A stretch of 59,637 nucleotides of DNA from Thraustochytrium aureum (GCA_012862495.1 BLSG01000116.1:2508-62144); one strand, 5' to 3'. Shown: positions 19,936-32,724, numbered from the stretch's first letter. Notes: generated from the sequence alone by a model not told the origin. Program-made: numbers and translations.

Positions 19936-22569
19936 TCATGCGCGTCGCGGGCAGTCCGCCGACTCCTCTCGCGCCGCGGCTAGTGGGTCCAGGCCTCCCT
20001 CACGAACGAGCAAGTAGTGCCGGCCCTGCAACTCGACCACCTTCTTGCTGCGAAACGGCTCTAGCGCTGGGTGCACCACCGCGTCGTACGGGACAGCCAT
20101 TGCGTTCATCGCCGGCAAGGCAAAGTACTTTGCGTTTCGTTTTGCTTCGCAGCACGTCTGCGCCTCGGCGTCGCTCACCACGGACTCGCCCACCGCAGAG
20201 CACTGGGCAACTGGGCTGGCGCTCGAAAAGTCGTAATCGGGCCCAGCACCCCCCGNNNNNNNNNNNNNNNNNNNNNNNNNNNNNNNNNNNNNNNNNNNNN
20301 NNNNNNNNNNNNNNNNNNNNNNNNNNNNNNNNNNNNNNNNNNNNNNNNNNCGGGTTCGTCCAACGAGTAGCCCGCTTCCTGCCCAGGACTCACTTGACCA
20401 TGCACGAGCTCGTCCTCGTTGCGGACACGAAGCGGGCTCCATGCGGCCTCCGGGGCCACGTCAGACGCGGAGCATCTGCACGTCGTCTGCTGCCCGCACG
20501 GTAGCTCGCACGCGACGAGGCAGGCAGTGCAGCTCGCCGCGCCCGCGCTGCCTGGCCTGCTCGACATCCCAAAGAGGCACGGCTCGCACCTTCCGCTTTC
20601 CGCATCCCCGTACCACCCCGCGGGGCACTCGACGCGTGGGTGCCACCCGCTCCCGGGGCACGGGTCAAGAGTCTCGCTTCCTCGCCATTGCCCGAGCTCG
20701 ATGCGGCCGCTGCTGGTGTCGCTGCAGCTAAAAGCGATGATTGCTGGCCCCGCGGCGGCCGCATCGCACGTCTCAACGAGGCCAGGTCCAGCGCAAATCG
20801 GATGCGATGAAACGTCGGCGCTCAGCCAGCGCGGGAAACAGTCCAGCACCTCCCCAGCAGGCTCTGCGCCTGCCCCGTCGCGAGGCAGAGCGCACGTCAA
20901 GTTGCCTGCTGCACGCCTCGACGGCTCTTCGACCTCCTGGCCAGGGTCTTCGTCCGCCTCTTGCGTGATGCGACGGGCCGCTCGATGGGCAAACGGGTCC
21001 ACTGTCGCATTCGGCTGAGAACCGCTCCCACCAGTTGCCCCGCCGCTGTGGCCGCCGGGTTGCGGGACCACATCAAGTGCAAAAGTTGCGTTAGCTGCGC
21101 AAGCGCAAGTCGTAGCACGGCCGCTTATGGTGCACTGCTGCAAGCAAACGGAGCAGTGGCCCAGTCGCGTCGACCCAGCAGGGCTTTCCGTTCCAAAAGG
21201 GCAGCGCTTGCACTGGCGTTGCCGGCCTCGACAGCATGTCGCACGCTTTGCGCCACGATCTGCTGCTGGTCTGCACCTCGCCGACAGCGCGCCGTGTCGC
21301 GCAAGCTTGCCTCGCAAAAAGAGGCTCTCATCGCCAAGGAGGTCTGCCGGCCCGCGGTCGTCCGACACGTTGTAGGTCGGGCACGCGGCCAAGTTGAGAG
21401 GGACGCCAGCGGCGCGCGCCCCGAGGTCGAGTGCAAGCCCATCAACGACCGTCGTAGCCGATTGCATCGCGCCGCACTGCTCCCCATTCAGACACACCCC
21501 TGCGACTTTGGCGGCTGGTATGGTCAACGAGGCCCCGCCTGCAAGAGCCAGGCGCCAGTCGGTGCCGGGTGAGCATCTCGCCGCGGTGTCCGGCGCCGAC
21601 ACATTGAATTCGTCGCACGCAGCCGGACGGGACCCGTCATGCCAGCACCGCTCGCCCGCATAGCTCTCTACGCAGTCAGGAAACCCGCACGCTGGCGCTG
21701 TTGTCATTTCGTAGTATCCCACCACCTTGCGGTTGGCAGCAAAGTCGAAGCTGTCGCACTCAGTCCCGCTCCACACAGGGTCGCCGCTCCCTTCCAAGTC
21801 CGATGCCGCCGCCTCCCCGGCGACAAGCTCGTCGGACGAGCAGAGCCGCATGCCCTTGTCCGCGCACATCGCGTCTGCTTCGTCCCACGTCAGCGCCTCT
21901 TGCGCCGCAAACGTCTTGGAGACAACTTCTGGATTGCCGGCGTTGTCGGGCTTGATGCTGGCGTGCAGTCGGCCTATGGCGTCAGGTTCGGCATCGCCGT
22001 ACCACCCAGAGGGGCAATCGACCTGGATCAGGCCGTCAGCTGCAATGCCAGACTCGACTGCGCAGAGCACATGTGCGCCCCACGTTTGTGGAGCAGGAAC
22101 GGCGGCTCGGACGCTGCCCGCTTGGCCAGGCTCAAGTCGGGCCACGACGCTGGGGCTGAGTGTCGACAAAAACTGCGCAGAGCACAGCTGCTCGGGAACC
22201 AACGCGACGCTCGTGCCGGGCCCGAACGCTGCCAGGTCCCCGCCAAGCTCCACCACGAGNNNNNNNNNNNNNNNNNNNNNNNNNNNNNNNNNNNNNNNNN
22301 NNNNNNNNNNNNNNNNNNNNNNNNNNNNNNNNNNNNNNNNNNNNNNNNNNNNNNNNNNNNNNNNNNNNNNNNNNNNNNNNNNNNNNNNNNNNNNNNNNNN
22401 NNNNNNNNNNNNNNNNNNNNNNNNNNNNNNNNNNNNNNNNNNNNNNNNCCAGCGCAGCCGCATCATCATCCTGCCGCTGGCAGCACTGCAGGACATTGCC
22501 CGCTGCTGCGACGTGGAGCGCTGCGGCGCCGGCCACGAGTCCCGCGACGGCCAGTGCGCGCCTCGCCAT
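19936..22569 (-). CDS. Large secreted Cys-rich protein with ephrin-receptor-like (GCC2/GCC3-type) repeats; two N gaps, C-terminus uncertain (may extend to about 19500 via frameshifts)
   Basis: Signal peptide MARRALAVAGLVAGAAALHVAAA at 22569. CPAGWYGDAESGRCEPCLFGMSSRPGSAGAASC and CKRCPFGTESPAGSTRLGHC repeats; TWDEADAMCADKGMRLCSSDEL module. Confidence 0.75.
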
Positions 22570-22725
22570 CGCGGCCCGCGGCGCGCCGCCTTCCAGCCGC
22601 GCAGACACGGTCCACGCCCGAGCCCGACGGCCTTCTGCTGCTGCGCGTGGCGGCGCGAGAGGGCATCGCACGAGCCCAATGGGACCGCGGAGAGGACCGT
22701 TGAGCGCCGCATTTTTCGGTGATGG

Positions 22726-25700
22726 ATGGACGGGGGCGGGCGCAGTGCGCCGAGGATGTGGGAGCTTCCGGGGCGCGTCGTGGTGGAGGTGGAGAGGGCC
22801 GAGGGGCTCCGGTCTGTCCAGAAGGCCCAGCTGCTGTTTGGCAAGCAAGACCCGTATGTCAGGGGCGCGCTCGTGCACGGGTCGGATGAGCAGCTCCAGT
22901 CCGCCTTGGTGCGGCATGCGTCCGGCCGATGGACCAGCAAGGTGACGCGCCGCGCCCCGAGTGCCGCGCACGAGGACAAGTCGGCGGCGCAAATCGCTGC
23001 TGCATGCACCACCGTGTGGCAACGTACGCGAGCAATCAAGCACGGCGGGACGCAGCCTGTCTGGGAAGCCTGCGAGCCCGACGAGTGGGGCCGCACCAAC
23101 AAGCTCGAGTTCAGGCACCCTGGGCGCGACCCGGCCAGCGGAAGCGCGACACGTATGCTGTTGTGCGTCATGGACGAAGAGTCACTGCAACCCGACCGCG
23201 AGATCGGGAGCGCCATTTTCGACCTGGAGGCTATCCTCGCGGCAGCAAAGCCCGATGCCCCCCCGGATGGCGCCGCGTTGCGCCGCGTTAAATCGCTTGT
23301 GACCCTAGAAGACGGAGCCGGGCAGATTCGGGTCTCGATAGAGTTCGAGCCGTGGCCGGCTCTTTGCGCTCGCGGCGTTGTCCACATCAACGTCAAGAGC
23401 GCCAAAGGCCTGTCCCGCGTCTCGTCCGTGGGCAACGAAGACCCTTACGTTCTCGCCGAGCTGGCGCCCTGGGGTCTTCGAGGCCGGAGCGAGACGCTGC
23501 GCAAGGGCGGCCTCAACCCGGTCTGGGACAACGGCGCAGGAGCCATCGTGCTCCCTTTCGCCGGACTGCTCAACAAAGGCGCCGCTGACATCAAGGCTGG
23601 CTTGGGGCTCTTTCTCTCTGTATTCGACAAGGAGTATATTCAACGCGACCGGTGCATCGGACGCGCCACAGTCGACATTGCCTCGCTCGTTGAGCGTGCC
23701 ATGATGCGCATTGGTCGTGCTGCCGACGAGTGCCGGCCTGGCGGCACCCCCAGAGCCTCGGACGGCCAGCCTGCGCCTGAAGCTGCATGCGCCAATGCGG
23801 CCGAGACGTTGACGTTGCCGCTCTGGGACGGGACGCTCGGCGTCAGGCGGTCTGGGGAGCTTGTCGTCGAGATGGAATTCCAACCGCTCTTCTCCAACGA
23901 GGAGTCAGGCCCGCACGCCGCAGGCGGGGGCGACGACGGCGGGGGCACCAACGGGCGCTTTTAATAGGAATCAACTACGAGGGCAAGGAGGGCACTCTTC
24001 GGGGCTGCCACAACGATGTGTACGAGATGCAGTCTATGCTTCAAAACGAATTCGGCGTCGAGCACGTTAGCATGCTACTTGACACAAAGGGCGCTGAGCA
24101 AGCTGAGCTGCCCACGGCCAACAACATAAAGGCCGGCATCAAGCGGCTCGTTCAGGGCGCACAGCCTGGGGACCGACTGTTTTTGCACTACTCGGGGTAA
24201 GTTGAACCAGGCGCCATGCAAAAGCGCCGCGCCGTTGGGACGCCCTCGCCCGGTCAACTTGCTGCACCCATCGACGCGCTGCGTTGAAGGCTCTCGTACG
24301 TGCATTCTCGCTGACGTGTGCGAGTATCCACGCAGGCATGGGACGCAGGTTGCGGACGAAGACGGCGATGAGGACGACGGAAAGGACGAAACGCTAGTGC
24401 CCCTGGATTTCGACTGGAACGACCCAGACACATTCGTGACTGACGATTGGATGAGGAGCAACTTTTTCGAGTGTATTCCAAAGGGCGTTGACCTCACCGT
24501 CTGCTTTGATTGCTGCCACTCGGGCACTTTGGCAGATAACCTCAAGGGGATGCCTTCGACACGGTCAGCGAAGCAGAAGCCTGCGGCTGCCCCAGTTCCG
24601 TTGGCGTCAAGTAGCGATGGCACCCTCGACGACAGCGTTCGATCCAGGTTCCTGCCGCCCATCGAAGCGGTGCTGCTTCGAATCGAAGAGCTCCGCAAAA
24701 CGCGCGCCGCAAGCCGCGGCGGTCTCCTTGGAGGCGCCCGATCGGCGTTTACTGGGGCTTCCCGCCGAGCGCGCGCTATTTCGAAGGCGAAGGATGGCGG
24801 AGCCATTACAGTGATCAGCGGGTGCCGCGACGACCAAACGGCAGCTGATGCTCACAATGACGGCAAGTTTATCGGCGCCCTTACTTGGAGCATTCGCAAG
24901 GCAATGAAAGCCACCCCGCGCCTTACGCTCAAGGAGCTCGGCTCGGCGGTGCAGGCGATTTGCAAAGCCAAGGGGTACACGCAGGTCCCGCAGCTTCACT
25001 TTGGGACCGCAAAGTCGCCGTCCAGCGTCTGGCTCGGCGCTTGGGGGGCCCATGGCTCATCCCCTCCTGATCTAGCTGACGCGTTGCTTGCAACGGGCGG
25101 CGACGAGGCGCTGCCAGGCGAGCAACAGGCCGCATCCCTCAACGAAGCGACAGCTGGAATCGCGCAGGCTCTTTCCAGGACTGTGGCTGCGGTGGGTACG
25201 AGTGGCAGCGAGCTGCACCCTGCTGGCGGCAAGGATGAGAACGTGGGCGACAGTGACGAATACGCGGCAAGCGGGAAGGAGGAGGATGACTCGGACGCGG
25301 CCGAGGATGATCTTGACCATGTCCAGGACTCTGCTGGGCCCTGCAGCTCTGGGCGAGACTCCGAAACCCGTCCGCAGGATCCAGCGCAAATTCGAGGGAG
25401 CAAGGCCGCTGCAGAATTACTTGGCCCGGCGGGTAAACCCAAGGGTCATGTTGCCGCAGAATTGGAGGAGTGTTCACCCAGCGGTACCGCGAGCAGCGCG
25501 AACTGGGAAGCGACTTTGGGCTCTGGGAGCGCGCCGATCGCAGGTGGGCAACGAGCACTGGGTGCTCTTGAGCGCCGCAAGTTGTTGTTCTCCAAGTCGC
25601 GAGTGCGCGCCCAGTCAGGGGCGGTCGCGTCTTCAAGGGACCAGACGCGACGCGCGTCGCGGCGGCTAAACCAACATTCCCAAGTTCCGGCAAGCACGAC

Positions 25701-26116
25701 TTTTGCGAACCAGACACGAAAAAGCGCTGCTGGTGGACGCAAGCTGCGATTGCGGCCAGGAAGGTCGTCAAAAGTGGGTACTGCTGCTGATGATGGCAGC
25801 GGCGGATCGCGTAACTTTCTCGACCGCATGGACGCCATCGTGGACTCGCGCGAGGAGGCCTTGCGCCGGCGTCGAGAGAAGGAGGCATACGAGGCGCTTG
25901 TTGACAAAAAAGCATGCCCAAAGTGTGGCCTCGAACAGAGCTACGAAGAAGTCAAAAAGCGGCAGAGCAGGTGCCAGCAGTGCGGGGGAGCTTTACGCGG
26001 CGCGCGTGTCTTGGGCGAACGTCAAAGACGACTTTCTGCGACGCCACAGCACGGTGGAAGCGGCGCCAGCGTCTTACAGGAGGGGGTCTCGCGGAAACCA
26101 GAGTTGCAGCTCCTGA
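22726..26116 (+). CDS. C2-C2-metacaspase with a low-complexity linker and a C-terminal Cys4 ribbon (frameshifts at about 23950 and 25985; intron 24197-24335; exact end uncertain)
   Basis: Two C2 domains (VEVERAEGL...KQDPYV...GGTQPVW...VMDE...DREIG; INVKSAKGL...EDPYV...GGLNPVW...VFDKE...DRCIG). RALLIGINY...LRGCHND, spliced HYSGHG, DETLVPLD, FDCCHSG, ISGCRDDQTAAD, GALT, QVPQL. Then CPKC...CQQC. Confidence 0.88.
24197..24335 (+). other. Spliceosomal intron in the metacaspase gene
   Basis: GG|GTAAGT...GCTGAC...CGCAG|G. Splicing restores the catalytic HYSGHG motif. Confidence 0.92.
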
Positions 26117-26397
26117 CTCGCGTCGAAGGAAGAGCACGTGGGCATGCCGCACCGCCGCCTCCAAGCTGCTGTTCAAAGCGTCACATGACGTCAGAGTTGA
26201 AAGGCAAAGCTGCTAGGCGGCGCAGCCGCTGGGCTGGGGCCGCTTTGTGGAGAGCGGGTTTTGCCCTCTCGCCGGCAGAGACAGCCATGATTCCATTTTT
26301 ATTTCGGCGTTTATATGTGTACACGAGCGCCGGGGTGCGCTCGAGCGCGGGGCGAAGACGCAAGGCGGGCGGCCTCCGCAGCGGCGCTCGAAACCAG

Positions 26398-27319
26398 CTA
26401 GCCACCCAAACCCGCAGGGCAAGTGATCACCGCAGAGGCGTACGAAACAGAGCTGTCGTCCATTGACTTGCACTGCGACGACTGCGCGTACCGCACAAAC
26501 TTGACCTCGAAGGAGAGCGGCGAGGCTTGCATGGCGTGCAGAATCGCGCCGATCGGGTGGCGTCCGCAAATCGTGTTGCGCGTCTCGCGGAGGTACGCCG
26601 CGAAAGCTGCGGCATCCTTGGACTCGATGATGCTCATGCCCTGCTTGTCGAGGCGCTCGATGCTCTGGTGGATGGCGCCCGCGGCCTTGTCGTACCGCTG
26701 GAACCGAAACCGGGAACCCCAGTGGCAAAAGTCGCTGCTCACAACAAAAAAAGTTGCTGGGGTCCGCGATCCAGGGCGCCAGCAACGAACCGAGGCGCGC
26801 CTCTGCCGCCTCGTCCAAGTTTCCAACGAGGATTGGGACGACCCTGAACTCGCGCCCGCGCATCACGTGCGCGACGTACGGCAAGTGCATTTCGATCGAG
26901 TGCTCCTCTTCGTCCACGGTGCGCGACATGGTCTGGAAGAACGCATCTGACGCCCCGGCGGCCCTTAGCGCCTCGTTGGCCTCGTGGTCCACGGCCATGT
27001 TGCCGATGGGGGTCGCGTACTCGCGCGCTGCGGACAGTGCGCACGTTTCCAAGTAAAAGTGGTGGGAGGGTCCCAAGATAAAGACGCGTTTGATTGCCTC
27101 GGCTTGGACGTGCGCGTACGCGAACGCGGCGGTGGGTCCGGAGTAGGCATACCCCGCGTGCGGCGCAATCACGCCGGCAACGCGCCTGCCAGCCAGGTCT
27201 GTCGTGTCGGCCGTTGTGTCGCGCAGCCAGCCTTCGAGCTGTTGCTGCAGCTCCTCCGCGCGGTCCGAGTACCAGGACTTTGCGTGGAGCGCTCGTCGGG
27301 TGGCAAACAGGGCAGCCAT
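26398..27319 (-). CDS. MEMO1: MEMO1 family protein (one extra T at about 26750)
   Basis: [46 protein letters not shown], (FVV)[24 protein letters not shown]...DSSVSYAS. Confidence 0.95.
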
Positions 27320-28519
27320 TGGGGTCTTTTGGGTCTGCCCTCCAAGCCAGCCAGGCAATCAGGCAATCAGGCAGGCAGCCAAGCAGGCAGGCAGCCAAGC
27401 AGCCGGCCTTCGCGGGCCCCAGCTCTCTCGCGCTTCGCCGTTCAGCCGATGGGCGGAGCGAGCTCGAGAATCGGCCCCGCAAAGCTCAGCCCCGCCAAAA
27501 GAAAAGCACTTTCCGACGAACGACGAGCTCGTTCGCCGCCTGCTCTGAACAGCAGAAGCTCCCTTTGATCGTCGCCCGGTGCCCTCACCGCGGGCAGCGA
27601 GGATCGTATTCGCTGGAGAGGCAGAAGCCGCGAAAAGCGCGTTCCGCGATGTCAGCAGCTCTCCTTGTTTCTGGGATCCCGTTCACGGCCACAGCCTCCT
27701 TCGCCAGCCGGCATTTCCTCCAGGATTCACTCCGTGCAACATATCGCCGAGGAAAGGGCCTTTGTTGGAGGACGCCCCCTCGCGGCTGAGAGGGCCCTGT
27801 CCGCGCCGCAGTCCGCCTCACAGTCGCGCAGAGAGGCGGTGCCGTGACCCGCTCCCATCCGCGCCGGCGCCTGCATGTGAGGGCAGGAGGGCGAAGGGGC
27901 ACACCTGCGCCGGGCTCAAGNNNNNNNNNNNNNNNNNNNNNNNNNNNNNNNNNNNNNNNNNNNNNNNNNNNNNNNNNNNNNNNNNNNNNNNNNNNNNNNN
28001 NNNNNNNNNNNNNNNNNNNNNNNNNNNNNNNNNNNNNNNNNNNNNNNNNNNNNNNNNNNNNNNNNNNNNNNNNNNNNNNNNNNNNNNNNNNNNNNNNNNN
28101 NNNNNNNNNNNNNNNNNNNNNNNNNNNNNNNNNNNNNNNNNNNNNNNNNNNNNNNNNNNNNNNNNNNNNNNNNNNNNNNNNNNNNNNNNNNNNNNNNNNN
28201 NNNNNNNNNNNNNNNNNNNNNNNNNNNNNNNNNNNNNNNNNNNNNNNNNNNNNNNNNNNNNNNNNNNNNNNNNNNNNNNNNNNNNNNNNNNNNNNNNNNN
28301 NNNNNNNNNNNNNNNNNNNNNNNNNNNNNNNNNNNNNNNNNNNNNNNNNNNNNNNNNNNNNNNNNNNNNNNNNNNNNNNNNNNNNNNNNNNNNNNNNNNN
28401 NNNNNNNNNNNNNNNNNNNNNNNNNNNNNNNNNNNNNNNNNNNNNNNNNNNNNNNNNNNNNNNNNNNNNNNNNNNNNNNNNNNNNNNNNNNNNNNNNNNN
28501 NNNNNNNNNNNNNNNNNNN

Positions 28520-31478
28520 GGCAAGGGGGCATCAATGGCAACGCGGTCGGTATGCAGTCTGAACCAACTCGGGTTCTACCTGCTGGGCGTGGAGGGTGAC
28601 GGCGCAGGGCGCGTCGAATACTCCCGCGTCGTGCGCGCCCCCGCAGAGCGCAAGCACGATGTAATCGGCCTTTTGTCGGTCCTCAACTTGATCGAGGCTT
28701 TCGTCGGACTGTCCTGGGCTCGCTCGCTGACGCAAGACGCGTTCGGCTGCGCGCTCTCCAGCCTAAAGTTCGCCTCCATCGGGGGAGTGGTATTCATGTA
28801 CTTTAGGCCAGCTCACCGGCAAAACGACGAGGCAAACGCAAGGCTCATCGTCCTGAGCGGCCTCCTCTCGCTCGCGCTGCACGGCGTCGACCCGAGCGAC
28901 ACCCAGTGGGTGTTGAGCGGGCTCAACGTCATGGCAACGATGAGCCTCTGCCTCCTCCCCTCGTTCGGTCGGCGCTCGCTGCGACCCACATTGATCGTGT
29001 GCTGGTCTCTGGTTGGCGCTTTCGTGGCGTGCGGCCTCGTGCTGTTCCGGCGGGCCGCGAGCGAGCTGCTTGCGTACTCGGCGCTGCTGGTCTTCTTTGC
29101 AAATATTGTGTGCACGTGCAAGCACGTGCTGTTCCTCAACAAGGAGACGATCGCCTCGCTGTTCGTGCAGAACGGTTCGCGCCGCCGCGAGTCTGCCGCG
29201 CTCGGCGCCTCACGCCACGGGACGAGCTCTGGTGCCGGCTCGCTCTCGCGCGTGTCGGACGAGGACCTTGGCTCGTCGCTTTTACTGCTGCGCAACCTGC
29301 GCAGCAGCCTCAGCACGCACTCGCTCGACGAGAACTCGAGCAAGCTGGACCGCGTCATCGAGAGCCTCGAGCGCCAGCGCCTCGGCTACACGCCGCGCGC
29401 TGGCGCGCGCATCAAATGGCTCAAGAACCAGGAGACTGTCGGGAACCGCGCGGCGCTCGAGTCGGAGATCGCCGGCGGCCGTGACGTCCTGTCTCGGCCC
29501 ACGTTCAAGTCGATGCNNNNNNNNNNNNNNNNNNNNNNNNNNNNNNNNNNNNNNNNNNNNNNNNNNNNNNNNNNNNNNNNNNNNNNNNNNNNNNNNNNNN
29601 NNNNNNNNNNNNNNNNNNNNNNNNNNNNNNNNNNNNNNNNNNNNNNNNNNNNNNNNNNNNNNNNNNNNNNNNNNNNNNNNNNNNNNNNNNNNNNNNNNNN
29701 NNNNNNNNNNNNNNNNNNNNNNNNNNNNNNNNNNNNNNNNNNNNNNNNNNNNNNNNNNNNNNNNNNNNNNNNNNNNNNNNNNNNNNNNNNNNNNNNNNNN
29801 NNNNNNNNNNNNNNNNNNNNNNNNNNNNNNNNNNNNNNNNNNNNNNNNNNNNNNNNNNNNNNNNNNNNNNNNNNNNNNNNNNNNNNNNNNNNNNNNNNNN
29901 NNNNNNNNNNNNNNNNNNNNNNNNNNNNNNNNNNNNNNNNNNNNNNNNNNNNNNNNNNNNNNNNNNNNNNNNNNNNNNNNNNNNNNNNNNNNNNNNNNNN
30001 NNNNNNNNNNNNNNNNNNNNNNNNNNNNNNNNNNNNNNNNNNNNNNNNNNNNNNNNNNNNNNNNNNNNNNNNNNNNNNNNNNNNNNNNNNNNNNNNNNNN
30101 NNNNNNNNNNNNNNNNNNNNNNNNNNNNNNNNNNNNNNNNNNNNNNNNNNNNNNNNNNNNNNNNNNNNNNNNNNNNNNNNNNNNNNNNNNNNNNNNNNNN
30201 NNNNNNNNNNNNNNNNNNNNNNNNNNNNNNNNNNNNNNNNNNNNNNNNNNNNNNNNNNNNNNNNNNNNNNNNNNNNNNNNNNNNNNNNNNNNNNNNNNNN
30301 NNNNNNNNNNNNNNNNNNNNNNNNNNNNNNNNNNNNNNNNNNNNNNNNNNNNNNNNNNNNNNNNNNNNNNNNNNNNNNNNNNNNNNNNNNNNNNNNNNNN
30401 NNNNNNNNNNNNNNNNNNNNNNNNNNNNNNNNNNNNNNNNNNNNNNNNNNNNGGGATATTCGCGAGGCTCCAGGACGACCGCATGCCCACCGCCTTCCGT
30501 GCAAGACCGCTCACGACCACCTTTGTCGAGGCAGTCAACATGTTTGACTGTGCCGACCCGCTGAATATCGACCCTGAGCGGCTCGTGCTCTTCATGGAGT
30601 GCATCGAGCAAAGGTACCTCCCACACAGCCTCGTGCAGTACCACAACAACGAGCACGCCGCAGACGTCCTGCAGTCGTCGGCCTGCCTTCTCAACCTCGA
30701 AGACGTGCGTGCGAGCCTGGCGGACCCGGAACTGTCCTCGTTCGCGCTCTTGTTTAGTGCCGCGATCCACGACGTGGCCCACCCCGGGCGCAACCAAAAC
30801 TTCCAGACGAGGACGCAGAGCGAGCTCGCCATCTTGTATTCCGATCGCAGCGTGCTGGAGCACCACCACCTTGCGGTGGCTTTCTCCGTGCTCCGGTCTC
30901 GGCCCGGGCTCAACTTTTTGGAGGCCCTCGATGAGACGGACGCGGCGCTGTTTCGCGAAAAGGTGATCCAGATGGTGCTCTCCACCGACATGGCGCTGCA
31001 CATCGAAAACATCAACGGTTTCAAGGAATTAGTTGCCTCGGAGCGCCCGCACAGCAGGGCGGCGAATCGGGCGTCCGTTATCGTTCAGAACGACCTCGAC
31101 ATGGGCAAGGCCAAGGAGGCCGTCTACGAGGCTGACACGAGCCTTATCCTGTGCAACATCGTGCACTGCTGCGATATCAGCAACACGCTCAAGGACTGGG
31201 ACACGTACAAGCAGTGGATCCCGCGCATCTTTTCCGAGTTCTTCTCTCAAGGGGACGAGGAGCGCCAGCTTGGTCTGGAGGTCACCATCTCCAACGACCG
31301 GACAAAGTGCTTCCCGTGCGAGATGCAGAGCTACTTTTTCGACATTTTTGTCTCGGAGACGGTGTCGACGTTGAAACAGTGGTGCCCCGCGATCGGCGAC
31401 CTCATTGTTGGCAATTTTGAGGCCAACAAGCGGCGCCTGGCGCTCCACCACCACACTCCGCTGTCCGAGATGTGGTGA
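28520..31478 (+). CDS. Class I 3',5'-cyclic nucleotide phosphodiesterase with an N-terminal multi-TM region (start and middle in N gaps)
   Basis: YHNNEHAADVLQS, AAIHDVAHPGRNQNF, LYSDRSVLEHHH, VLSTDM, HCCDISN, EFFSQGDEER. Hydrophobic helices at 28650-29130. Linkage across the gap is inferred. Confidence 0.85.
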
Positions 31479-31742
31479 GTGCGAGTCCGAGGGGCGCGCG
31501 CTCATGTTCCCACAACGGACAGGTTTCGATCGGGAAGGGAGCCGGCCCGCCGCCTGGGGTGTGGGCGGGCTGGCTAACTCGGTGGGGGCAGAGCTGGCGG
31601 CTGCCAGCGCAAATAGATATCGGAGCGCGTTTCATTCGCTCTTACACCTGAAGGCCGAGACAAGATAACTTTCCATGGTTTTAGTCAGTTTCGGTTCGCG
31701 CGAGAGCGGCTCGCTAGCCAGTGCCCACACAGCCCATATGAC

Positions 31743-32724
31743 TCAAATCCTCTTTCGTCTCGCGTGTAGCAATCGAATTCCCGTTGCATCAAAACAGATT
31801 CCACCTTCTGGCAAGCGCGCCAGGCCGCCCATGCCCAGGCCGGCTGCCGCACCAACCGGCAGCAAGACTGCGCCCCTCCGAGGCGCACCGATGCAGGCGC
31901 AAGCAGGCGCAAGCAGGCGCCGCGCCGCAGCACGCACGCAAACCTCAACGTGCGCCGGTCGGGCTACGGCCGTTGCTGACGCCCTCCTGCCGGAGCCCAT
32001 CCAGCTAACCAGTAGGCTCGGAAGGCAGGCGGACGACTCATCAACAGACCGCCCCCGACCGCGCGCATCACGACCTGCCGCGCAGCTCGTGCTCGCCCTC
32101 GCCTTCCCGCAATCTTCGCTCAGGGAGGCCGAGCATTTCACAAAGTCCTTGATGCCGTACTCGTCGCCTTCGTTGTAGCCTTGGTTGGACCAGCGCCAAC
32201 GTAGTCGGGGTACGCCTGAGCAACCAGCTCGCAAGTGATGCGGTTGCAGTCTGCGCACCTCCCAAACGTGCGCGAATATCCAAAGATCGAGATAAGGCCG
32301 GCCTTCTTGGACTTGCGCAAGTGGTGGCGAGTCACGCGGCCGCCGCCAAGCACACGCGCTTCAAGCCCGTGGGACTCGAGCGAGTTCCTCACAACGCGCG
32401 CCGCGTCTGGGTGCTTGCACGTCTTGGACTTGTAAGAGCAGCCTTGAACGATGTACGCCCCGTCCCCGGCCGTGTCGCGCGCATGCACAATTGCAAACTT
32501 GAAGCTTCCGCTCGGCGAGATGTTGACCGACTTCTTGCCGAGGTTGAGAAAGTAAGACTCGATCGACAGCGTCGGCTTGCCGCGCAGCAATGCGCTGTCG
32601 AAGCGGGGCGCGCCCCCAAGCTGGTCGCTCACGTGGCCTCTCTCTGCGCTCTCGTGCTGCTCTTCGTCCTCGCCCCCTTCAAACTCGCCGTGCACGCCGT
32701 TGTCCTCCTCTTCGGCGTCCTCGT
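31743..32724 (-). CDS. Janus/Ocnus (PHPT1-like phosphohistidine phosphatase) family protein; 5' end in gap, frameshift at about 32198, C-terminal extent uncertain
   Basis: VNISPSGSFKFAIVH...IVQG...KHPD...RVLGGGRVTRH...ISIFGYSRTFG...AYPDY, then WSNQGY in the next frame (PHPT1-type YPDY.V.W.N.GY). Confidence 0.8.
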
